Shown here piece by piece: positions 29,110-37,625 of a DNA stretch of 44,252 nucleotides; the stretch's first letter is position 1; every line of letters starts with the position of its first letter. Below the pieces are notes generated by a model. The model saw only the letters and a program-made list of their open reading frames with translations. It was not told the DNA's origin and searched no databases. A program made the position numbers and the translations under genes. This DNA comes from a bacterium. Lineage in GTDB: Bacteria; SAR324; XYD2-FULL-50-16; JBNMNM01. Location: contig JBNMNM010000001.1 of the NCBI GenBank assembly GCA_051275585.1, positions 1 through 44,252 of the forward strand, in the 5' to 3' direction.

Positions 29110-32100
29110 TTAAGAATAAAATTGATGAATAATTTCACGAGAAATGAGGTCATCTGCATTTCCAAAAGTCTGTTTTACACAACCATCAATAATTGAATCT
29201 CGGTTATTAAAAACAGATTTATTATCAATGTTAATAAAAACATTACTCAAAATTACTTGATGATACTGTTCCATCATGTGTGGATCATTTTCAATTTCTT
29301 GATAATTAATCTCTCCAATATAAATTAAAATAATAGAGTTATGAGATTGATTTGGACGAAATTGATTTTTAATTAATGTATCTTTATATCGACAAGCTGT
29401 AAGTGCATCCTGAAATGAGAATGTTGCAGGTAAATAAACAAAACGATCATTCAAATTTCCTAACCAAATCTCTTTAACTCGATCTTTTACTCCTTGCAAT
29501 CCATGAACAGTTGCACGACTAAACTGAACTTTTCTATTGGTTACAACAGCGGGAGCACAAGCATTTACATATTTTTCAGAAAGTAACACAAATGCAGAGT
29601 TAACATTTTTTTCTGTATGACTCTGAGCAGCTTTAATATCATCCATACAATAACTACCATAAATAAATTGAGGATATTTATAGCGTTTTCGAAAGAATGT
29701 ATTTTGAATTTTTTTCGAAAGGTTTTTCTCTAAACCTGAGATTTCTGTGTAAAAAAGATTGGCTCGTTTAAGAAGACGTAATTCTCTTTCAACATCAGGA
29801 ATATATTGATTTTTAAGTAATGCACGAGTTGATGGAAGTGTTTTTGACATTGTAATCGTTTCAAGATGATCTTCTTGAGATTTCAAAAACTCTAAATCTT
29901 CTTCTTCTGCCTTAATTTCTGCTGTTAAACTAACAACTCCAATTTTATAATTGAGCAACTGTTTATACGTTTCATGAAGATCAGAACGATATTTTACTTT
30001 TGAAAGAATTTCTTCATAATCAGAAATTTGATCTATATTTTCTTGCATTGTTTCTTTCTTAAAAACTTGCAAGTTATCATTCATCATCCCACGAAGTTGG
30101 AATAATTCCTCTTTAATTTCTTTAGGGATTGCTTCTGTTTTTCGAAGTTGCTCCTTAATTTGTTCTCTCTCATTAGGATTAATGAGTAAAATTTGAATAA
30201 CATTTTTAAGGAGTTGTTGTTTTCGAACTTGGATATCAATATCCGCAATTTCAGACTGCTTTTTAAATAGTTTTGTCTCAAGATTACCAAATTTAAAATA
30301 AATAATTTGATGCTCTCGAATTGATTCTTGTAGTTGTTCAATTTGATCTAAAAAGAACTGGATATATTCTTGTAGATCTCCTTTGTCCTTTCCTTTTTCT
30401 TGGAATAACTCACGATATGAAAGCTTTCTCCATCGAATAATACTGTCTTTTAAGTCTTCTTGAACACTTATAATTTCTTTTTGAAGTTTACTTTTATTTT
30501 GGGTATTAATTGTAGTTGAATTTAATTCTTCTTGTTTTTGCTGAAGTTGTTCTTCATCCCATTTAAGCATGGTACGAATTTCCGCACTTATAGTACTTAA
30601 CATTTGAATCTCAGCTTGGGCAAATTGAGCCTTTAAGTACTGAGAAGAGTAATTAAGCACTTTTGTATAATAAGCATTTGCAGACTTTCTTAATTGCCCC
30701 AAAGAATTATAAACAGGAAGAATACTTTTCTTTTTAATTCCATTTAATTCTAAAATTGGAAACTTTAGGTGTTCAACCTTTTCTAAAGTTGTTTCCATAA
30801 CTTCATCTAGTCCTTCAGGTGGAATTTTCTCACCTAATAAATCTTCAAAACGTTCCAAGTATTCATTAAAAATATGTAGTACTTTATCATATTCTATTTG
30901 TAGCTTCTGAATATCCTCCTCTTTACTTTGAAGGTGCTCTTGATACATTTTAGTAATATCATCCAGCAACTTTTTATATACAGATTCTTTATTTTGAGGA
31001 TTATCAAGAAAAGCTACTTGTTCTTTTAGTTTCTGCAATTTTTCATCAAGAACGAATCCAACTTCAGCAAGAGTATGTTTATACTGATGATAGAAACTAG
31101 TATCTTGTTTTTGCATGGATTCTAAAACTTTTTGTGTAAATCCACGAATAAATTGGATAAAAAATTGGTTCTCTAACTCATCTCCTTTAAAAATATTACT
31201 TTTTAATAAAGATTTTATTGAAAATGCAGGATAAGACGTTTCATCATAATGAGTTTGAGTATCTTTTTCGTTAGAAAAGACAATAACATCAGGTTCAAAT
31301 GAAGGAATTTGAATTGTAGAGGCAATATTTTTTTGGTAAAAAATCATGTTGCGAATAATTACCAATGCTTTCAAAACTAGTTTTCTTTTATAAAAAAACT
31401 GAAAATTCTCACCTATAAAATCCTTGGTTTCATTATCAAGATGAAGATCACTATTTTCTAATTCTGTACTATCTTCTTCAGGTATTTCTTCAGCGTTTTC
31501 AACATCTAACTCATCATTCCATTTTTGATAGATATCAAGTTTAAAAAAGTCATCCATATACTTAATTAAACTTTCTAATTCCGTTTCAATCTTAATTAAA
31601 TCTTCTAGGGAAACTTTATCTGTATCTTTATTATTTAAAAAATTTAGAGTGTATTTTACTCGTAAATCAAAACTTTCTTTTTTGAAATAAGGAACATCCG
31701 ATACATTTACAATACTTTCAAAGTAATTATAAACTGTATCAAAAATTTCTTTCCGCTTTTGGTATAACTGATCAGGATTATTAATATCTTTTGAGTCATA
31801 CCCTACTGTATAAATTGGAAATTGGTATTGTCCTAATAGCTTCAGGTTTGACAACACCAATTCAGACATCAAATCACCAGCAACAACAAATTTCTTTTTA
31901 AGAATAATAGACTCAATTGTGGTAAGTTTTACCTTATTCATCATTTCTGCAAGCTGATATGAAAACATAAAAGCATGCTTAATTGCTTCTTCACCACTTT
32001 CTATTGGGATTGCTTGGTCTATTGTTGCTGACTCCTCTCCTTTGTACAGCTTGATTTGATGAAAATTTTGAATATGTGAATCTTCATGATTAATTGAAGA

Positions 32101-33078
32101 ATCAAAAATAATTTGTTGAGTATGTAAATTAACATCAAAAAACGGATTGTTTTTAAAAATAATTTCTTTGGGGCCGTTTTGAGTTTTGATACGAATAAAA
32201 TCAATATCGGTAATTGAATTAAAATCAATTCCGATATTTTTTGAAATAAATTTAGATGGGTGAATTACTTCACCTTTAATACTAATTCCTAAAATTTTAG
32301 GATCTTGAACACTTGCAATTTTAAGACTTACAACATCTTTAACAGATAAATATAAAGTATTAACTGATTTACTGGCATTTTGAGTAATTTGCTTTGGAGT
32401 ATTAAATTGTCCAAGTACTTTATTCAGAGAACCAAATGCAAAAGGTAAAACTTTTTTAGTTCCATCAGTTTGAGGAACGATTAACTGTATTTCAGAAAAA
32501 AATGGTTTATCAAGAACAATTGGTTTTGGTTGTTGGGTTTGAATTTCTGCTAGTTCTTCAGGTGTATTGAATGTTCTCCATACATCCTTAAGATTTTGTT
32601 TTGTATAGACTTCAATAAAACGTTTTGTGCCACTATCTTCAGAAAGAAAATCTTGAAGATAACTTAGTAAATCTTTCTTTGAAAGGTGAGTAACAATTTT
32701 TGGAATATAGGTTGTATTTTTATGATTGAAGTTAAAAGCAATATCAAAATAGTTTTTAATATTCTTAACTTGAATATTTGTTAAAACTAAACCAAGAATT
32801 TCTTGTGTAGAAGTTTGAAACTTTTCTTGGAAATTTTGAATATCTGATGTCGTAATTGAATCACCAACTGGATGAATAATTTTAAGAGAAACTAGGCGAT
32901 TATATTCCGCAGGAATATAATCTGAAATCAAGTTTCCATTAACACAGAAAATGGTCATCGGAGTTTTCATATCCATGACCTTCAAAGGAGTCTTTTTTAA
33001 CTGAGCATGTGCAATTTTTCGAATATGCTCTAAATCTTCTGAGGTTGTTTCAATTAATAGGTCAAAGTAATGATGCAT
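29110..33078 (-). CDS. very large hypothetical protein (1322 aa) with an extended central coiled-coil-like region
   Basis: Uninterrupted 3.97-kb ORF in an AT-rich genome. No signal peptide, TM helix, Walker A, H-box or repeat family recognised. The centre (aa ~640-1100) is rich in K/E/Q/L with heptad-like character. Mixed N-terminal region and a C-terminal ~230-aa globular part. Confidence 0.8.
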   Translation of the reverse strand: MHHYFDLLIETTSEDLEHIRKIAHAQLKKTPLKVMDMKTPMTIFCVNGNLISDYIPAEYNRLVSLKIIHPVGDSITTSDIQNFQEKFQTSTQEILGLVLTNIQVKNIKNYFDIAFNFNHKNTTYIPKIVTHLSKKDLLSYLQDFLSEDSGTKRFIEVYTKQNLKDVWRTFNTPEELAEIQTQQPKPIVLDKPFFSEIQLIVPQTDGTKKVLPFAFGSLNKVLGQFNTPKQITQNASKSVNTLYLSVKDVVSLKIASVQDPKILGISIKGEVIHPSKFISKNIGIDFNSITDIDFIRIKTQNGPKEIIFKNNPFFDVNLHTQQIIFDSSINHEDSHIQNFHQIKLYKGEESATIDQAIPIESGEEAIKHAFMFSYQLAEMMNKVKLTTIESIILKKKFVVAGDLMSELVLSNLKLLGQYQFPIYTVGYDSKDINNPDQLYQKRKEIFDTVYNYFESIVNVSDVPYFKKESFDLRVKYTLNFLNNKDTDKVSLEDLIKIETELESLIKYMDDFFKLDIYQKWNDELDVENAEEIPEEDSTELENSDLHLDNETKDFIGENFQFFYKRKLVLKALVIIRNMIFYQKNIASTIQIPSFEPDVIVFSNEKDTQTHYDETSYPAFSIKSLLKSNIFKGDELENQFFIQFIRGFTQKVLESMQKQDTSFYHQYKHTLAEVGFVLDEKLQKLKEQVAFLDNPQNKESVYKKLLDDITKMYQEHLQSKEEDIQKLQIEYDKVLHIFNEYLERFEDLLGEKIPPEGLDEVMETTLEKVEHLKFPILELNGIKKKSILPVYNSLGQLRKSANAYYTKVLNYSSQYLKAQFAQAEIQMLSTISAEIRTMLKWDEEQLQQKQEELNSTTINTQNKSKLQKEIISVQEDLKDSIIRWRKLSYRELFQEKGKDKGDLQEYIQFFLDQIEQLQESIREHQIIYFKFGNLETKLFKKQSEIADIDIQVRKQQLLKNVIQILLINPNEREQIKEQLRKTEAIPKEIKEELFQLRGMMNDNLQVFKKETMQENIDQISDYEEILSKVKYRSDLHETYKQLLNYKIGVVSLTAEIKAEEEDLEFLKSQEDHLETITMSKTLPSTRALLKNQYIPDVERELRLLKRANLFYTEISGLEKNLSKKIQNTFFRKRYKYPQFIYGSYCMDDIKAAQSHTEKNVNSAFVLLSEKYVNACAPAVVTNRKVQFSRATVHGLQGVKDRVKEIWLGNLNDRFVYLPATFSFQDALTACRYKDTLIKNQFRPNQSHNSIILIYIGEINYQEIENDPHMMEQYHQVILSNVFINIDNKSVFNNRDSIIDGCVKQTFGNADDLISREIIHQFYS

Positions 33079-33082
33079 TATT

Positions 33083-34225
33083 CTATAAAGTTGTATTGTT
33101 TTGAATTTGTTCTACTTTAGAGTTTAGTTCTATCTTTTTCTCTTGCTCTATAACTGCTTCTGCTTCTTCTGCGGCGTAAAACTGTTCCTGATAAGAGTCA
33201 ACAAAAGTTAAAAAGATTGTGATGATGAGAGGGCCGTAAAAAATTCCAGCCATTCCAAAAACACTAAGTCCACCTAAGATACTAAAAAATACAAGTAATG
33301 AGTTAATTTGAACTCTTTTTCCAATAAACTGAGCTTTGAACCAATTCTCTGTTAAAATAGAGATTACTGTGCAATAAATAAACAGAACAATTGAAGCAAT
33401 AACTTTTCCTTTAAAATAGAGATAGATACATGCTGGAATATAAATAATAGAAATTCCTACTAACGGAATAAAAGCAAGAACAACCATAAATGTTGTCCAC
33501 AACAGTACTGATTGAATTCCCGCAATCCAAAAACCAACGCCTGCAAGTGCTCCTTGAATTAAACCACCAAGACCGTTACAAACAAGAGTTACATAATTCA
33601 TCTGATTAAATTTTTCGATGATGTACTCTTCATCACTATCTGGTAGCGGAGACAGTTTAAGCATAAATTCTTTAATTCTAGCTCCATCTACAAAAAAAGC
33701 ATAGATAACAAGAAGCATAATTGTGAATTTAAAAAGAAAGGATAAAATATTTGTAACCCAAGAATTCACTGTTTCAAGCAAGTAAAGACTAAACTTTTGA
33801 GCACCTTCAAAGATTTTTGTCTCAATCATTTCAAGATTAATTTCAATCTTAAGAAGAGTTAGTGTTTTTTGAAACAAAGGAGTTAGTTTATGGTCTCCAA
33901 AAAATAATTCTTTTAAACTATCTTTAGTTAAGGTTGTTTTTAATAGCTCGTAGACACCAAATACTTCTGATGAAAGTTGGATTACAATATAGATGATAGG
34001 AATAAAAATAATAAATATAATTAAACTACAAGCAAGAGCAGCAGAAAGTCTTTTAGATAATTTAAATTGCTCAACACCTAAATCCATAACAGGATAAAAA
34101 ACCCCTGCAATAATTGCTGCAAAAATAATAGAGTCAATATAACTCCAAAATATGTAACCCACCAAAAACAGACAACATAGGAATAAAAATACAAAATAAA
34201 TTTTAATAATGACTTTTGTGTTCAT
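33083..34225 (-). CDS. AI-2E family transporter (PerM/YhhT-like, UPF0118)
   Basis: 380 aa with about 8 TM helices. Family-like core (NGLGGLIQGALAGVGFWIAGI...LW....VLAFIPLVG) and an acidic cytoplasmic tail. It ends 4 nt before the giant ORF start. Confidence 0.8.
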   Translation of the reverse strand: MNTKVIIKIYFVFLFLCCLFLVGYIFWSYIDSIIFAAIIAGVFYPVMDLGVEQFKLSKRLSAALACSLIIFIIFIPIIYIVIQLSSEVFGVYELLKTTLTKDSLKELFFGDHKLTPLFQKTLTLLKIEINLEMIETKIFEGAQKFSLYLLETVNSWVTNILSFLFKFTIMLLVIYAFFVDGARIKEFMLKLSPLPDSDEEYIIEKFNQMNYVTLVCNGLGGLIQGALAGVGFWIAGIQSVLLWTTFMVVLAFIPLVGISIIYIPACIYLYFKGKVIASIVLFIYCTVISILTENWFKAQFIGKRVQINSLLVFFSILGGLSVFGMAGIFYGPLIITIFLTFVDSYQEQFYAAEEAEAVIEQEKKIELNSKVEQIQNNTTL

Positions 34226-34432
34226 TGAGAACTCTTCACTTTAATTAACATTTAATAATATCATTACGTTATATAGCACTTCTTGACCATCTAATGAAGA
34301 TTTCATAAGGTGCATTCGTTCATTTCAACAGGATATGAAGTCTTCATAGTTATTAAAAATAATAAAAGTGTGCTACTAATTTTTTTTTATAAAACCACAC
34401 AATCATTTAAAAAACAAACAGTTAAATAATTT

Positions 34433-35686
34433 ATGTTGGCAGCCTTATTATACGAAACTTATCCCTACCAAATTTTCAAATCGGTTCTCTTTCGTGCAGG
34501 AATGGGGTATTTGACAACATACTTCTTAGTCGCACTAGTAATGCCAAGAGTTATCCATCTTTTTCGACGGATGGGAATTACTTCTGATTTCAAAAAAGTA
34601 GATAAGAGTGATGGCCCATATGAAGGAGCAACTCCAATTATGGGAGGAATTGTATTAATTTTATCCATTATTATTTCATCACTTTTATGGGCATGGATGA
34701 ATAAATATACAGTGTCATTATTAATTATGCTTTTTTCTTTTGGAATGGTTGGCTTAATTGATGATGCAGCAAAAGTTTTTCATCGCTTACGAATTGAAGC
34801 AGGAGAAGAAGAAAAAAAATCATATGCAGATAAGGCTGATGGAATCAGTGGGAAAATTCGCTTATTACTTGAGTTTGGTGTTACAACTACTGTGATTCTA
34901 AGTATCCATTATTTTTTTGGTGGACTTGATCTTCATTTACAAATTCCAATGGTTCCGATTAAAACGTGGCTTCCTCTTATTCCTGAGTATATTTACCTGC
35001 CATTAATTATTTTAGTAATTGTAGGTGGAAGTAATGCTGTAAACCTAACTGATGGTTTAGATTCACTGGCGACCATACCTATTATTACAAGTACTTTTTT
35101 TATTGTAGCAGTTGCATATATTATGGGGGACGAGGTTTGGAGTAGTCGTCTAAAAGTTCTCCATATTTCAGAGGCAACAAAAGAAGTGGTTGTTTTTGCT
35201 ATTATTTTGATTGGTGCAGGAGTTGCCTTTCTCAAATTTAATTCTCCTCCAGCAGCAATTTATATGGGAGATGTTGGATCATTGGGATTAGGTGCTGTTT
35301 TATGTACCATGTTTGTTTTTGTGAAAGCAGAGTTATACTTACCATTTGTAGGTGCAATTTTTGTAGTTGCGGCATTAAGTACAATTATCCAACGATTGTG
35401 GTTTAAATTTGCTCTTTGGAAGTTTGGTCGAGAATGGGCTGAAAAAAATCGCTTTTTTTATCGAGCACCCTATCATCACCACTTACAAACACTATTGACT
35501 CATCGTAAACCAAACGTTCGATCTGTATTTCACGGAATTGTACGTCGATTCGGTATTCATAAGGTTAAAGGTGAAGACCGATTTACTTCTAATGATGATG
35601 TAAATAATAAAGTAATTTGGAATCAACATATTAAATCTATTTGGTTACTTGTTATTGCCTTAATTATTTTCTTTAAAGTTCGTTAA
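34433..35686 (+). CDS. mraY: phospho-N-acetylmuramoyl-pentapeptide transferase, divergent with insertions
   Basis: MraY signatures ATPIMGG, LIDDAAK, NAVNLTDGLDSLA, MGDVGSLGLGA, APYHHH and a C-terminal ..FKVR. 417 aa versus ~360 for typical MraY. Confidence 0.85.
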   Translation: MLAALLYETYPYQIFKSVLFRAGMGYLTTYFLVALVMPRVIHLFRRMGITSDFKKVDKSDGPYEGATPIMGGIVLILSIIISSLLWAWMNKYTVSLLIMLFSFGMVGLIDDAAKVFHRLRIEAGEEEKKSYADKADGISGKIRLLLEFGVTTTVILSIHYFFGGLDLHLQIPMVPIKTWLPLIPEYIYLPLIILVIVGGSNAVNLTDGLDSLATIPIITSTFFIVAVAYIMGDEVWSSRLKVLHISEATKEVVVFAIILIGAGVAFLKFNSPPAAIYMGDVGSLGLGAVLCTMFVFVKAELYLPFVGAIFVVAALSTIIQRLWFKFALWKFGREWAEKNRFFYRAPYHHHLQTLLTHRKPNVRSVFHGIVRRFGIHKVKGEDRFTSNDDVNNKVIWNQHIKSIWLLVIALIIFFKVR

Positions 35687-35703
35687 TTTTTGGAAAAAAG
35701 AAC

Positions 35704-36987
35704 ATGATTGATATTAAAGTCCTTCGTAATAATCCTGAGATTATTGAAGCTTCTCTACAAGCAAGGGGAGCTAGCATTGATTTACAAGAAATCCTTAATT
35801 TTGATACACAACGAAAAGAAATCATTCAGGAAGTTGAATCACACAAGAAAACTCGAAATGAGGTTTCATCAAAAATCGGGAAAGGACTAATTTCTGGTGA
35901 TGAAAAGCAACAAGCCATTCAGGATGTTCGAGTAATTGGCGACAAAATTAAAGAAGGAGATGCACAATTACGAGATCTTGATGAAAAAATTCGTCAAGGA
36001 TTGTTATGTATTCCAAATATTTTGCATGAAGATACACCAGTTGGAAAATCTGAGAATGATAACCCTGAAATTAAAAAGTGGGGAAAAATTCCAGAATTTT
36101 CTTTCGAACCAAAACATCATGCTGATTTAGGTGCAGCTCTTAATATCTTTGATGCTCCTCGTGGAGTAAAGATTGCTCAGAGTCGTTTTACATTATTAAA
36201 GAAAGCTGGAGCACAATTAGAAAGAGCATTAATTAACTTCATGCTTGATGTTCACACGACAGAACATACTTATGAGGAAGTGCTTACTCCTTTCTTAGCA
36301 AATAGTACTAGTATGACTGCAACAGGACAGCTTCCGAAGTTTGGGGACGATATGTTCAAAACAGAGGATGATCTTTATTTGATTCCAACGGCTGAAGTTC
36401 CTATAACTAATATTCATCGGGATGAAATTCTTCAAGAAAAAGAATTACCGATTTATTATGTAGGTTATACTCCTTGTTTTCGACGAGAAGCTGGTTCTTA
36501 TGGGAAAGATACAAAAGGATATATCCGACAGCATCAATTTAATAAAGTAGAGATGGTTAAGTTTGTTCATCCAGAAAACTCATTGGATGAATTAGATAAA
36601 TTGCTTGTGAATGCAGAAACGATTCTACAAAAATTGGAGCTTCCATATCGAGTTGTAGCTCTTTGTTCAGGTGATATAGGGTTTGGTGCTGCAAAGTGTT
36701 ATGACATTGAAGTATGGTTACCTTCTGAAAATCGTTACCGAGAAATCTCTAGTTGTTCTAACTTTCTAGACTTTCAAGCAAGAAGAGCAAATATTAAATT
36801 CAAACCTAAAGCAGGTGGAAAACCACAACTTGTACATACAATAAATGGCTCTGGACTCGCTGTTGGTAGGACTTTATTAGCTGTTTTAGAGAATTATCAG
36901 CAAGAAGATGGATCAATAAAAATACCAAAAATTTTAATTTCTTACATGAAAGGGTTGACAGAGATCGCAAAGTTGAATATTCCCTAA
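35704..36987 (+). CDS. serS: seryl-tRNA synthetase
   Basis: N-terminal coiled-coil arm (MIDIKVLRNNPE...). Class II motifs (FRRE.GS.G.DT.G..R.HQF.KVE; GSGLAVGRTL.A.LENYQ..DGS..IP). Confidence 0.95.
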   Translation: MIDIKVLRNNPEIIEASLQARGASIDLQEILNFDTQRKEIIQEVESHKKTRNEVSSKIGKGLISGDEKQQAIQDVRVIGDKIKEGDAQLRDLDEKIRQGLLCIPNILHEDTPVGKSENDNPEIKKWGKIPEFSFEPKHHADLGAALNIFDAPRGVKIAQSRFTLLKKAGAQLERALINFMLDVHTTEHTYEEVLTPFLANSTSMTATGQLPKFGDDMFKTEDDLYLIPTAEVPITNIHRDEILQEKELPIYYVGYTPCFRREAGSYGKDTKGYIRQHQFNKVEMVKFVHPENSLDELDKLLVNAETILQKLELPYRVVALCSGDIGFGAAKCYDIEVWLPSENRYREISSCSNFLDFQARRANIKFKPKAGGKPQLVHTINGSGLAVGRTLLAVLENYQQEDGSIKIPKILISYMKGLTEIAKLNIP

Positions 36988-37023
36988 ATCCAATTCTGCT
37001 TCAAAGCACTATTTGAGTTTTGC

Positions 37024-37109
37024 GGAGGGATGGGTGAGTGGTTGAAACCGGCAGTCTTGAAAACTGCTGAACGCAAGTTCCGGGGGTTCGAATCCCCCTC
37101 CCTCTTCCA
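37024..37109 (+). tRNA. tRNA-Ser (anticodon TGA), type II, CCA encoded
   Basis: Acceptor GGAGGGA/TCCCTCT (G1:U72). Anticodon stem GCAGT/ACTGC with loop CTTGAAA; long variable arm; T-arm GGGGG-TTCGAAT-CCCCC; then T-CCA. Confidence 0.88.
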
Positions 37110-37162
37110 GACAAACTCAAACTTGAGGCGAAAGAAAAAATTTCGATTTGAAATTCACTGTT

Positions 37163-37252
37163 GGAGAGATGCCTGAGTGGCCGAAAGGGGCAGATTGCTA
37201 ATCTGTTGTACTTGCAAAGGTACCTGGGGTTCGAATCCCCATCTCTCCACCA
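37163..37252 (+). tRNA. tRNA-Ser (anticodon GCT), type II, CCA encoded
   Basis: Acceptor GGAGAGA/TCTCTCC. Anticodon stem GCAGA/TCTGT with loop TTGCTAA; long variable arm; T-loop TTCGAAT; A-CCA end; 90 nt. Confidence 0.9.
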
Positions 37253-37282
37253 TTGAAAAAGCATACGAATTTCGAGTCTTAT

Positions 37283-37359
37283 GCACCCGTAGCTCAGCTG
37301 GATAGAGCGTCTGATTGCGGTTCAGAAGGCCGGGGGTTCGACTCCCTTCGGGTGTACCA
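37283..37359 (+). tRNA. tRNA-Arg (anticodon GCG), CCA encoded
   Basis: 77 nt. Acceptor GCACCCG/CGGGTGT (G1:U72); D-arm GCTC-AGCTGGATA-GAGC; anticodon stem TCTGA/TCAGA with loop TTGCGGT (U33, G34-C35-G36, G37); T-loop TTCGACT. Confidence 0.88.
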
Positions 37360-37444
37360 CAGAGTAAAATCCTACTAACTTCATTATATTCTAACTTTTC
37401 AATACTTTGTTTTGAAATAGAATCTATTTGTTGTTTGTAGTTGA

Positions 37445-37534
37445 GGAGAGATGTCCGAGTGGCTGAAGGAGCACGCCTGGAAAGCGTGTATGCGGGCAAC
37501 TGTATCTGGGGTTCGAATCCCCATCTCTCTACCA
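37445..37534 (+). tRNA. tRNA-Ser (anticodon GGA), type II, CCA encoded
   Basis: Acceptor GGAGAGA/TCTCTCT (G1:U72). Anticodon stem CACGC/GCGTG with loop CTGGAAA; long variable arm; T-loop TTCGAAT; A-CCA end; 90 nt. Confidence 0.9.
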
Positions 37535-37542
37535 TAAAAATT

Positions 37543-37625
37543 GTGGCTCAATCAATTGGAAGATATGAACCGTGTCAGATCCGAGAGGAAGCAGCACTAA
37601 GTATCGGAAGGTGTGTTTGAGTCAC
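37543..37625 (+). ncRNA. ffs: small (4.5S-type) signal recognition particle RNA
   Basis: GUGUCAGAUCC-GAGA-GGAAGCAGCAC matches the universal SRP domain IV (E. coli GGUCAGGUCC-GGAA-GGAAGCAGCC) with a GNRA tetraloop. A closing helix GTGGCTCAA (37543-37551) / TTGAGTCAC (37617-37625) and an internal GATAT/GTATC pairing give one long hairpin. Its position just upstream of dnaX-ybaB-recR matches the scr-dnaX-yaaK-recR order I recall for Bacillus. The ends are approximate. Confidence 0.8.

Noticed and set aside
35687-35703. T-box or other leader upstream of serS.
   Set aside because: Only 17 nt separate the mraY stop from the serS start. There is no space for a ~200-nt T-box, and no specifier or antiterminator elements are visible.
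37001-37535. Two minus-strand ORFs from the track (37001-37264, 87 aa; 37155-37535, 126 aa).
   Set aside because: They lie exactly antisense to the four tRNA genes. Their repeated WGFEPQ / GIRTPG peptides are simply the translated reverse complement of T-arms (GGTTCGAATCC). They are not real genes.
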